A stretch of DNA of 64,000 nucleotides from Candidatus Woesearchaeota archaeon (GTDB lineage Archaea; Nanobdellota; Nanobdellia; Woesearchaeales; JACPJR01): assembly GCA_016187565.1 (NCBI GenBank), contig JACPJR010000013.1, positions 8,391-72,390 on the forward strand, in the 5' to 3' direction. This document shows positions 18,654-27,245 of this stretch, one piece after another (within the stretch, counting starts at the first letter, position 1; each line of letters begins with the position of its first letter). The notes beneath the pieces were generated by a model. The model was not told where the DNA came from. It ran no database searches and saw nothing but the letters and a program-made list of their open reading frames with translations. A program made the position numbers and the translations under genes.

Positions 18654-21600
18654 TTACAAATACTCATGCCATGCTTTTATCTTCAAATCCGTGAGTTTCT
18701 TAAACGTCAATGCCTCCACGAGTTGATGGAAGATCTGGACATTATTGATTAATGGCACCGAATAATCAACGGTTGCTCGGCGAATAACATAATTCTGGTC
18801 ATCATCAAGCCGTTTTTCTGGATTAGGAATAGACACCACCAGATCTATTTTCTTTTGACGTAACAGTGTTAAAATATTCGGTTCTCCTGTTTCATGGGCC
18901 TTATAGACACGGCGTGCCTCAACACCGTTTTTCATAAGAAACTGATGCGTATGCTCAGTGGCATACAAGACAAACCCAAGCTTTTGTAGTCGTTTGCAGG
19001 TACTGATCAATTTGTACCTTGTTTTGTCACCGCCAATACTCACAAGAACATTCTTCTTTGGCATGACAAAACCCGTAGCAATCATGGCCTTCAAGAATGC
19101 TTCATGAAGGTCATCTCCAAGACAAGCGACTTCACCGGTTGAAGCCATTTCAACATGTAATGTGGGGTCTGCACCCTTTAATCGAGAAAAGGAAAATTGA
19201 GGGGCTTTAACACCAACATAATCGAGCTCAAGTGAAGACCTTGTCAAGGGAACACTTTTCTCACCAAGAATTGCTTTTGTTGCCAGGTCAATAAGGTTGA
19301 GATGAAGCACTTTAGAAACAAAGGGAAAGCTTCGTGATGCCCGCAGATTGCATTCAATCACCTTGATCTCATTTTCCTTGGCAATAAACTGGATATTGAA
19401 TGGGCCGGTAATGTGCAGTGCATGAGCGATCTGTTTTGCAATAGTTTTAATACGGCGGATGGTCTCGATATAGGTTCGTTGTGGAGGTAAGATGATCGTG
19501 GCATCTCCACTGTGGACACCTGCATTTTCAAGATGTTCGCTAATGACTGAAAAAACAATAGCACCACGATATGCTACACCATCAAGCTCAATTTCCCTGG
19601 CATTGGTAATAAACTTTGAAAGTACTACCGGATATTCTGGACTAAGATGGGTTGCTTCAGAGAGGTACTGTTGCAGGTCATTGCGATTAAAGGCAACGTT
19701 CATGGCAGCACCACTTAAGACATACGATGGCCGAACAAGGATAGGGTAACCAACCTCTTCGGAGAACTTCGCAGCATCCTCGAAGGTAGTTAATTCTTTC
19801 CACATGGGCTGATCAATCCTCAAAGAGTCAAGCAACTGTGAGAATTTATGACGATCTTCCGCGCGATCAATGTCAAGGGGAGAGGTCCCTAAAATGTTCA
19901 TACCTGCCTCATGACATTTCAATGCTAAGGTATTGGGGATCTGCCCTCCCATAGAAACAATAAGCCCAAGCGGTTGTTCCTTATCATAGATATCGGCAAC
20001 TGCTTCAAAGCTTAATTCCTCAAAATACAGCTTGTCAACAATGTCATAATCAGTACTGACGGTTTCGGGATTGTAGTTTACCATAATGGTTTCGAAACCA
20101 CGCTTACGTAAGGCATTAACCGTACTGACGCAACACCAGTCAAATTCAACACTTGAACCAATTTTATACGAACCAGATCCAAGGACTATAATCTTCTTTT
20201 TTTTCTTCATATTTTTTGTTTCGTTTTTGTTTTTAGTTCCATTCTCTGAAGAAGTAGTCTCTTGGAAGGTAATATCATCTTCCTGACCATTATAAGTAAG
20301 ATACAAATAATTGGTCTGGGCAGGATATTCAGCAGCTAAGGTATCTATCTGTTTTACGACCGGAAAGATGTTGAGCTGCTTTCGCAATTCTCGTACTTCT
20401 CGTTCTCTTTTATCGAGGATCATACCGATTTGTTTATCTGAAAATCCGTGCTGCTTTGCTTTCATGAAAAGCGAAGAAGAAACAGATGAGGAAATATCAT
20501 TCTTCCTTGTAGCGGCAAGCTCCTGTTCTAAATGAATGATATTTTGGATCTTGTACAAGAACCAGGGATCAATACCACTTAAGCCATGAATCCGTTCAAT
20601 ACTAAATCCATTCTTTAATGCTTCCACAATGGCAAAAATTCTCTCGTCTGTTGGTTCACGGATATCTATGTCAAGTTCACGCACATTGACCGTATTACAG
20701 ACTAAACCATACATCCCTATGTGAAGCATACGAATAGCCTTCTGGAGGGCTTCTTCAAACTTTCTTCCGATGGCCATGACTTCGCCAACACTCTTCATTT
20801 CTGAGCCTATTTTGTTCGAAACGTTGCGGAATTTCTTTAAATCCCATCGTGGAATCTTCACAACAACATAATCCAAGGCAGGCTCGAAACATGCTTTCGT
20901 TACTCTGGTTACCGAATTTTCGAGTTCAGGTAAGGTATAACCAAGTGCTAATTTTGCAGCAACAAATGCAAGAGGGTAACCTGTTGCTTTTGAGGCCAGT
21001 GCTGAACTCCGAGAAAGGCGTGCATTGACTTCGATAATACGATAATCTTCTGAACGAGGATCTAACGCAAATTGGATATTACATTCTCCGACAATACCTA
21101 AATGTCTGATAACCTTAAGGGAGATTTCACGCAGCTTATGATACTCGCTATTCGTAAGGGTTTGTGAAGGCGCAACGACAATACTCTCTCCAGTATGGAT
21201 CCCTAGCGGATCGAAGTTTTCCATATTACAAACCGTAATGCAGTTATCTACACCATCACGAACCACTTCATACTCGATCTCTTTCCATCCACCCAACCAT
21301 TCCTCAATCAGTACCTGAGGTGTGTAGGTAAAGGCTTGGGTAACTACTTCACGTAATGTTTGTTCATCCTTTGCTATACCACTGCCTCTTCCCCCTAATG
21401 CATAGGCGACTCGCGTCATTACTGGATAACCAATGGTTTTTGCTGCAGTAAGTCCATCGTGAACAGAGGTTACCGCTATACTCTGTGGAGTTTTAACTGA
21501 AATTTCATGCAACCGCTTCACAAAGCGATCACGATCTTCAGTATCAATCACCGTTTCAACCGGGGTACCAAGAACACGGACATGGTATTTCTGTAAGGTT

Positions 21601-21917
21601 CCTTGTTTATGGAGAGCGACTCCACAATTAAGTGCGGTTTGTCCACCAAAACTCAAAAGAATACTCTCTGGCTTTTCTTTCCGTATAATCTGTTCAACAA
21701 AATAAGGCGTTACCGGTAGAAAATAAATCTTGTCTGCCATACCTTCACTGGTTTGAATAGTGGCAATATTAGGGTTGATCAAAATAGTGTAGATCCCTTC
21801 TTCTCGTAATGCTTTTAAGCATTGTGATCCCGAGTAGTCAAATTCACCAGCCTCACCTATCTTCAATGCCCCAGATCCTAAGATCAGTGCTGTTTTTGGT
21901 TTTTCTGTTATGCCCAT
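18654..21917 (-). CDS. carB: Carbamoyl-phosphate synthase large subunit
   Basis: 1087 aa with duplicated ATP-grasp halves and a C-terminal MGS-like domain. A Lys/Asn-rich linker lies between the halves. Confidence 0.97.
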   Translation of the reverse strand: MGITEKPKTALILGSGALKIGEAGEFDYSGSQCLKALREEGIYTILINPNIATIQTSEGMADKIYFLPVTPYFVEQIIRKEKPESILLSFGGQTALNCGVALHKQGTLQKYHVRVLGTPVETVIDTEDRDRFVKRLHEISVKTPQSIAVTSVHDGLTAAKTIGYPVMTRVAYALGGRGSGIAKDEQTLREVVTQAFTYTPQVLIEEWLGGWKEIEYEVVRDGVDNCITVCNMENFDPLGIHTGESIVVAPSQTLTNSEYHKLREISLKVIRHLGIVGECNIQFALDPRSEDYRIIEVNARLSRSSALASKATGYPLAFVAAKLALGYTLPELENSVTRVTKACFEPALDYVVVKIPRWDLKKFRNVSNKIGSEMKSVGEVMAIGRKFEEALQKAIRMLHIGMYGLVCNTVNVRELDIDIREPTDERIFAIVEALKNGFSIERIHGLSGIDPWFLYKIQNIIHLEQELAATRKNDISSSVSSSLFMKAKQHGFSDKQIGMILDKREREVRELRKQLNIFPVVKQIDTLAAEYPAQTNYLYLTYNGQEDDITFQETTSSENGTKNKNETKNMKKKKKIIVLGSGSYKIGSSVEFDWCCVSTVNALRKRGFETIMVNYNPETVSTDYDIVDKLYFEELSFEAVADIYDKEQPLGLIVSMGGQIPNTLALKCHEAGMNILGTSPLDIDRAEDRHKFSQLLDSLRIDQPMWKELTTFEDAAKFSEEVGYPILVRPSYVLSGAAMNVAFNRNDLQQYLSEATHLSPEYPVVLSKFITNAREIELDGVAYRGAIVFSVISEHLENAGVHSGDATIILPPQRTYIETIRRIKTIAKQIAHALHITGPFNIQFIAKENEIKVIECNLRASRSFPFVSKVLHLNLIDLATKAILGEKSVPLTRSSLELDYVGVKAPQFSFSRLKGADPTLHVEMASTGEVACLGDDLHEAFLKAMIATGFVMPKKNVLVSIGGDKTRYKLISTCKRLQKLGFVLYATEHTHQFLMKNGVEARRVYKAHETGEPNILTLLRQKKIDLVVSIPNPEKRLDDDQNYVIRRATVDYSVPLINNVQIFHQLVEALTFKKLTDLKIKAWHEYL

Positions 21918-21930
21918 GTTATTTCTCTAG

Positions 21931-23076
21931 TTATTTCCACGCACCTCTATTCTTGATAACCTGAAGGAATTGATCAAAGAGAAAGCCGGTATCTTCTGGC
22001 CCGCAATGGCCCTCAGGATGAAACTGCACACTGCGAAACGGCTTTGTTTTATGTCGAATACCTTCAATGGTGCCATCATTCGTGTTAATAAACCATGGTT
22101 CCCAGTCTTCTGACAAGGTCGAGGCAGCTACTGCAAAGCCATGATTTTGGGAGGTAATGTAACAGCGTTGGGTACCAAGCTCTTGACAAGGTTGATTTTG
22201 ACCTCGATGACCATACTTCAGTTTGTAGGTATCAGCACCTGCTGCTAAGGCAAGAAGCTGATTACCCAGGCAGATACCAAAAATCGGGATGTTCTTCATC
22301 ATAGCTTTTTGCAACAAGAGAATCGTCGTATGACACATCTTGGGATCTCCGGGGCCGTTGGAAACGACAATGCCATCAAAAGATAAGGAGGCATCGGCAA
22401 AGAAATCATAGTCATAAGGAACACGATAAACACTCATAGTTCGCTGAAGTAGTGAACGAATAATGTGGTTCTTACATCCACAATCAATCAAAAGAACACT
22501 TGGTTGTCCATTTTTGTAGAATTTCTTCTCGCCAATACACACTTGTTTGACAAGATCTACGGTATTAGGATCATAAAACGGTGGTGAGATTGAGGTAACT
22601 CTGTTGTTTGGTTGAACATTGGTATGTATCTGTTGATTAGTGCTCTCAAATACAATCGCTCCTAACATCGTGCCTTTTTCACGTAATTTTTTGGTAAGCG
22701 CTCTGGTATCAATGCCTGTAAGTCCTGGAATATGTGAAGCCTCTAGCCATTCTCCCAAACTCTTTTGTGCATGCCAGTGGTTGTGCTGAAAGGCATAGTC
22801 AGCAACAATCAATCCTTGAATATGGATCCTTTCAGACTCAAAAAAACGTTGGATGCCAAAGGAGTCCTGCTCTTCTCCCGGAACACCATAGTTTCCAATG
22901 AGCGGGTATGTTAAGACAAGAATCTGACCTTTGTATGAAGGATCGGTTAAGGATTCAGGATAACCAACCATACCGGTGTTAAAGACAACCTCTCCTGATG
23001 TCAGTGCAGAAGATCCAAATGAAATACCTTGATAGATTGAACCATCCTCAAGAATCAGTTTTGCTTTTTGCTCCAT
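21931..23076 (-). CDS. carA: Carbamoyl-phosphate synthase small subunit
   Basis: GATase triad (GICLGNQ, FHPE). The track start at 23127 is TTG; the first ATG (MEQKAKLILEDGS) is at 23076. Confidence 0.94.
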   Translation of the reverse strand: MEQKAKLILEDGSIYQGISFGSSALTSGEVVFNTGMVGYPESLTDPSYKGQILVLTYPLIGNYGVPGEEQDSFGIQRFFESERIHIQGLIVADYAFQHNHWHAQKSLGEWLEASHIPGLTGIDTRALTKKLREKGTMLGAIVFESTNQQIHTNVQPNNRVTSISPPFYDPNTVDLVKQVCIGEKKFYKNGQPSVLLIDCGCKNHIIRSLLQRTMSVYRVPYDYDFFADASLSFDGIVVSNGPGDPKMCHTTILLLQKAMMKNIPIFGICLGNQLLALAAGADTYKLKYGHRGQNQPCQELGTQRCYITSQNHGFAVAASTLSEDWEPWFINTNDGTIEGIRHKTKPFRSVQFHPEGHCGPEDTGFLFDQFLQVIKNRGAWK

Positions 23077-23242
23077 ACTAAAAAAAGAAGAAACTTTCTC
23101 CTCCTTCTTAAAGATTGTGGTGGTCAACTAGCTAGATGAAGGTCATGTAGTGACTTTACCCAAAAAGGGTAAATTTACTATTGTCTTGTAGTCCAAAAAC
23201 TTTTAATAGTGCATGTCCCTTATCTTTTTTTAAGGTAAGGCT

Positions 23243-24187
23243 ATGGGGTTTATCGACTTTTTAAAAAAGAGGAAAGAATCATCAGGAAGTACCAGTACTT
23301 CACAAATTTCTGCAACCGAGGAAGGGGATGCAGGCTTTAATCTAGATCTCCCTCCAACTCCGGATATAGACAGCTTAGAAGCACCTCAACCGACATCTCC
23401 CTTAACCCCCCCACCACTTCCAGAACCCAAAAGAATATCTAAACCACGTCTACAAGATCAACAACCAATTCCTCATCGAGGGGATATTCCACCGATTTCA
23501 GTGGTCCCACGCCAAGATGTTCGAACTTCTTCTTACCAAACGCAACACCAACCACAACCACGAATAATGCCAACGCAACCACGTAGACAGGAGCCTTCTT
23601 TTCAACCACCTGAACAAGAGATTTCAAGACAAAAAAATGCCCTAGGACCGGAATATCCACAACTTCAAGAAAGCGATCAAGATCCCCTCTCGCTTCCTGA
23701 AAATGCTGAAGACTCATTTATGGAAGAAACTGAAATGATAGATAACCATGAGATACCACAACTCCAAGTTCCGGATCCTCCTCTCCAAGCTCAGAGAGGA
23801 AATGTTCCCTATGTTCTGGTACCCTCTGCAGTTCCGGGCCAGAATCCTATCCCTATAGTTCCACCATCACTCCAGAAAATAAGTGATGTACATCACAAAA
23901 AAGTTGCTCGTCCCTCATCTGAATCGTTAGATGTTTTTTCTAGGGAAGAGGATAAACAAGAACAAAAAGGCCCACAGTTTATCAATGTCAATGAGTTTAG
24001 ATCAGTACTTCAAGGCATTGAAGAAGGAAGTATGCTCTTAACAAAAACAGGTGATACTATTAGTCATATAAAGAACATTGACGCAGCTAAGGAAGGAGCT
24101 ATAGCGTCATTGAAAATGAGTCTTGGAGAAATCCAAAAACGGTTCCTTGTTATTGATGGCATTCTTTTTCGGGAAGGAAATGGATAA
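23243..24187 (+). CDS. Hypothetical protein: N-terminal amphipathic segment, long Pro/Gln-rich linker, C-terminal helical domain (copy 1 of 3)
   Basis: 314 aa. It begins MGFIDFLKKRK, then has about 200 aa of low complexity (PPTPDIDSLEAPQPTSPLTPPPLPEP...). The C-terminal about 70 aa are alignable to the next two ORFs. Confidence 0.75.
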   Translation: MGFIDFLKKRKESSGSTSTSQISATEEGDAGFNLDLPPTPDIDSLEAPQPTSPLTPPPLPEPKRISKPRLQDQQPIPHRGDIPPISVVPRQDVRTSSYQTQHQPQPRIMPTQPRRQEPSFQPPEQEISRQKNALGPEYPQLQESDQDPLSLPENAEDSFMEETEMIDNHEIPQLQVPDPPLQAQRGNVPYVLVPSAVPGQNPIPIVPPSLQKISDVHHKKVARPSSESLDVFSREEDKQEQKGPQFINVNEFRSVLQGIEEGSMLLTKTGDTISHIKNIDAAKEGAIASLKMSLGEIQKRFLVIDGILFREGNG

Positions 24188-24199
24188 AAAGGTGGAAAC

Positions 24200-24421
24200 A
24201 TGGATACACAACCAACGTTATTTGTAAAAATTGATGATTACAACCAAGTAGCTGAGATTCTTGATGAAATCAAAGGGAAGATGGAAGAAGCAAAAAAAGC
24301 AATGGAAACCCTCATGGAGCTAAAAGCCAAAGAAGATGCAGAATTACAGAGTTGGCAAGATGGATTAGATCAGATTAATGAACGAATGCATTTTATCGAA
24401 CAGACTGTTTTCAACCGATAA
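24200..24421 (+). CDS. Hypothetical small coiled-coil protein (helical domain copy 2)
   Basis: 73 aa with AGGTGG SD. LFVKIDDYNQVAEILDEIKGK...LMELKAKEDAELQSWQDGLDQINERMHFIEQTVF aligns to the C-terminus of the upstream ORF. Confidence 0.75.
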   Translation: MDTQPTLFVKIDDYNQVAEILDEIKGKMEEAKKAMETLMELKAKEDAELQSWQDGLDQINERMHFIEQTVFNR

Positions 24422-24450
24422 CATTTTCAACAAAAGAGATGAGGTATAAT

Positions 24451-24849
24451 ATGGGTGAAAAGTCGCCAGAGGAGCAGAAAAGTGTTTTTTATACACCAAT
24501 TCCTCAGAAACGAGAAGTAAGGAAGGCAGTTTTAGAATCAACAAAAGTAAGCATCCAATTTCTGAAACGATTTGAACAGCTGAAGGCATTGCGCCAGCAA
24601 AAGGCTACAGCTTATACCGGGCTTAAGGAAGTTATCACCGAAATATCCTCACAACTTAGCCGATGCAAGGCAATGCTCCCTAAGCAACAGATAAAAGACC
24701 TTCCGGTCATAGAGGGAAGTGTTGCTTCTCCGAATAAAGAGGCAACTGAAAAGAAAAATCAAAGTGAAGCAAAGAAAAAAGCAAGTGAGCTTGAGGCATT
24801 AGAAGCTTCATTGAGCGAAATTGAAGCAAAACTAGGCAATCTTAATTAA
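24451..24849 (+). CDS. Hypothetical coiled-coil protein (divergent helical domain copy 3 plus charged tail)
   Basis: ATG at 24451 has better SD spacing (GAGGT) than 24439. Has an LKALRQQKATAYTGLKEVITEISSQL segment and a Lys/Glu-rich C-terminus. Confidence 0.7.
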   Translation: MGEKSPEEQKSVFYTPIPQKREVRKAVLESTKVSIQFLKRFEQLKALRQQKATAYTGLKEVITEISSQLSRCKAMLPKQQIKDLPVIEGSVASPNKEATEKKNQSEAKKKASELEALEASLSEIEAKLGNLN

Positions 24850-24935
24850 AGCCGATCTTTAGATTTCTATAAGCAAAGGACAAGTTTGAGGAAATAACAA
24901 GATTTATTAATTTCAGGTTATTTTTCCCTCTATTC

Positions 24936-25400
24936 ATGGAAGCCTTTCAAGAGGCGCGTGCCAAAGCTCTTCATCACCTTAAAATTGCAGGACACATGCT
25001 TGAAGTAACGTATCCATTGGTAAAGGATACGAGACTTTTACTAAGGGTATTGCACAACCTCGATACATCGTTGGAATATACGATGAAAGCAATATTAGGA
25101 TACGATCTCTATTATAAGCGTATTCCTCCATTTTCGACCGAATTTCAATCGCTCTTTGCCACCTTCCGAGCAAGGTGCGCAAGAAGATACAACCTCGGTG
25201 AACAACAGTTCAAGGTCATCCAAGAGGTAAGGTTCCTTATTAAAGAACATAAAGAAAGCCCGGTTGCCTTTGCACGAAAAGGTTCATTGGTCATGTGCTC
25301 TGACAGTTACGATGTAACCATCCTGAGCGTGCAAAAACTCCGTACCATGATGCAAGAGACAAAATTCCTCATAGACTTTATGAATAAAAAAATTGAATAA
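24936..25400 (+). CDS. Hypothetical all-alpha protein (tandem paralog 1)
   Basis: 154 aa. The N-terminal ALHHLKIAGHMLEVTYPLVKDTRLLLRVLHNL parallels AIRELKRADHLIFVSLKYTRTVDIFKSIIERL of the next ORF. Confidence 0.75.
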   Translation: MEAFQEARAKALHHLKIAGHMLEVTYPLVKDTRLLLRVLHNLDTSLEYTMKAILGYDLYYKRIPPFSTEFQSLFATFRARCARRYNLGEQQFKVIQEVRFLIKEHKESPVAFARKGSLVMCSDSYDVTILSVQKLRTMMQETKFLIDFMNKKIE

Positions 25401-25421
25401 AAATCGTTTAAGAAAAGAAAA

Positions 25422-25892
25422 ATGGAAGATTCATATGATGATGCAATTCGCGAACTAAAGCGTGCAGACCACCTTATTTTTGTGAGCCTTAAGTATACTC
25501 GAACCGTTGATATCTTTAAGAGTATTATTGAACGATTACTGGCAGCCTTCAACCACACGATTGTGTGGATGCTTGACCAGGCAAAAGAAGAGCAAAAAAT
25601 AGACACTATTCCTAGTTCTCCCGGACTTCAGTGTAATCTTCTCAAATCAGTCTATAAAGAAGATCAGAAACTCTTGGAGTATATAGCATTCTATCTCTAT
25701 TTACGGAAGCTCGATAAGGCAACCTACACTCCCAAAAATGAATTCAGGAGGCATGTTACCATGATGGCTGTTCTCGAATCAAATGAAGTTACCGATATAA
25801 CCATGGAAGATATGCACGAGTATTTCAAAAAAACAAAGGAATATTTTGAATACATTACCGAGCAGTATAAAAAGAAAGAAGGTCATGAATAA
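25422..25892 (+). CDS. Hypothetical all-alpha protein (tandem paralog 2)
   Basis: 156 aa, same length class and motif order as 24936-25400. Its stop abuts the minD-like start. Confidence 0.75.
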   Translation: MEDSYDDAIRELKRADHLIFVSLKYTRTVDIFKSIIERLLAAFNHTIVWMLDQAKEEQKIDTIPSSPGLQCNLLKSVYKEDQKLLEYIAFYLYLRKLDKATYTPKNEFRRHVTMMAVLESNEVTDITMEDMHEYFKKTKEYFEYITEQYKKKEGHE

Positions 25893-26723
25893 ATGGCTCG
25901 TTTTGTTAGTCTGGTCTCTGGAAAAGGTGGCGTCGGAAAGACTTCATCAGCAATTAATCTGGCTGCTGCATTAACTGATTTTGGGAGAGAGGTTATTCTG
26001 GTCGATGCTGATATTAACGCATCAAACATGGGAATTCTTTTAGGATACCATAAACCAGCAGTGAGCTTGCAAGAGTGTTTAGCTGGCAAAAAAAAGATAA
26101 CCAATGCTATCTGTATCCATCCTTCAGGGCTTAAAGTCATTTTTTCAGATGTGGCTTTAGACGCTCATGCCTTTACCTTAGAACATTTAGGAGAGAAACT
26201 TCGCGAGTTACAAAACTTAGCAGAGATCATTCTTATTGATGGCGCAGCTGGCTTAGGTGAGGAGGCAAAAGCGGCCATTAAAGCTGCAGACGATGTGATG
26301 ATTATTACGAATCCAGAATTACCGGCAGTAACCGATGCATTAAAAACCGTGAAGATCGCAAAGGATCTCAAGAAAAATATCCTCGGTGTTGTTATTACGC
26401 GAGTTAAAGGAGACCATCTCGAGATGAGTCCTACGAACATCAACCAGATGCTTCAGCAAAAAGTTATTGCAACCATTCCCGACGATGAAGTAATGCGATC
26501 GCTTCATCGTATTCAGTATCCAACGGTCGTGTCCCATCCAGAATCAAAGGTTGCAAAAGCATATCGAAAATTAGCTGCAAACCTCATTGGAGCAACCTAT
26601 GAAGAAAACTTACCAGAACCAAAAAAAGATCTTCTTTCCACAGTCAAAGATCTCTTCATACGAAAAAACTTACGAAAAGAACGAGAAGAAAGAGCAAAAA
26701 AATATGAAAAAAAGCGTGCATAA
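25893..26723 (+). CDS. MinD/ParA-family P-loop ATPase (archaeal MinD-like) with basic C-terminal tail
   Basis: Deviant Walker A SGKGGVGKTS, Walker B ILIDGAAG, and the archaeal MinD-like ITNPELPAVTDALKT. The tail is KKDLLSTVKDLFIRKNLRKEREERAKKYEKKRA. Confidence 0.9.
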   Translation: MARFVSLVSGKGGVGKTSSAINLAAALTDFGREVILVDADINASNMGILLGYHKPAVSLQECLAGKKKITNAICIHPSGLKVIFSDVALDAHAFTLEHLGEKLRELQNLAEIILIDGAAGLGEEAKAAIKAADDVMIITNPELPAVTDALKTVKIAKDLKKNILGVVITRVKGDHLEMSPTNINQMLQQKVIATIPDDEVMRSLHRIQYPTVVSHPESKVAKAYRKLAANLIGATYEENLPEPKKDLLSTVKDLFIRKNLRKEREERAKKYEKKRA

Positions 26724-27231
26724 GCTTCTGCAAAAGGGTTGGTCACCAGAAGAAATCAAAACAGTCCTCAAGCATTGGAGGGTAGCAGAAGCACGAAAAC
26801 ATCCGAGCGTACGATTCCTGGATGCATCAGCCTATTGGTTTTTCGTTGTTATTCTTTTCTTTGTCCATGTTGGGTTACAGATCCTGTTGTTCCCTTTCCT
26901 TCTCTCGTTTCCCTCTCTTGCAGTTTTGTTAGTGATTCTTGTGTTGGGAATACCGTTTGGTTATCTGACATACACTTGTGTGGAGGAAATGAAACAGTTC
27001 ACCAAAAAAAAGCATGTGGAAAGGATTTATGTCATCCCACTGATTTTTGCCGTTATTACCCTAAGCGCGCTGACCGTTATCGCGAATAAAATAAAATTAC
27101 TGTTACACCTCCAAACATCACCACAGAGTATTGTCATGATTGTGGTAGTCTATGTCGTGAGTTTTATTCTTCCTTTCTTGCTACATGAAATTACCTTACA
27201 AAAGGCAGAAAATACACCATCCAATCTCTGA
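26704..27231 (+). CDS. Hypothetical polytopic membrane protein
   Basis: ATG at 26704 overlaps the minD-like stop by 20 nt. It starts with a short soluble N-terminus (LLQKGWSPEEIKTVL) followed by about 4 TM helices. The longer track ORF from 26587 would overlap minD by 137 nt. Confidence 0.7.
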   Translation: MKKSVHKLLQKGWSPEEIKTVLKHWRVAEARKHPSVRFLDASAYWFFVVILFFVHVGLQILLFPFLLSFPSLAVLLVILVLGIPFGYLTYTCVEEMKQFTKKKHVERIYVIPLIFAVITLSALTVIANKIKLLLHLQTSPQSIVMIVVVYVVSFILPFLLHEITLQKAENTPSNL

Positions 27232-27245
27232 AAAGAATGGTGTAG

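Noticed and set aside
20190-20270. Lys/Asn-rich low-complexity insertion in the CarB inter-domain linker (poly-A/T DNA)
   Set aside because: It sits in a known variable linker between the two synthetase halves. The frame is intact, so it is not a frameshift or pseudogene.
23155-23173. Inverted repeat TTTACCC-AAAAA-GGGTAAA in the carA/operon divergent region
   Set aside because: A 7-bp stem only. It could be an operator or chance, and there is no second copy or adjacent regulator to support a call.
26587-26703. Upstream extension of the membrane protein ORF overlapping minD by 137 nt
   Set aside because: The extension is a Lys/Glu-rich alternate-frame reading of the minD tail. ATG 26704 gives a typical 20-nt coupled overlap.
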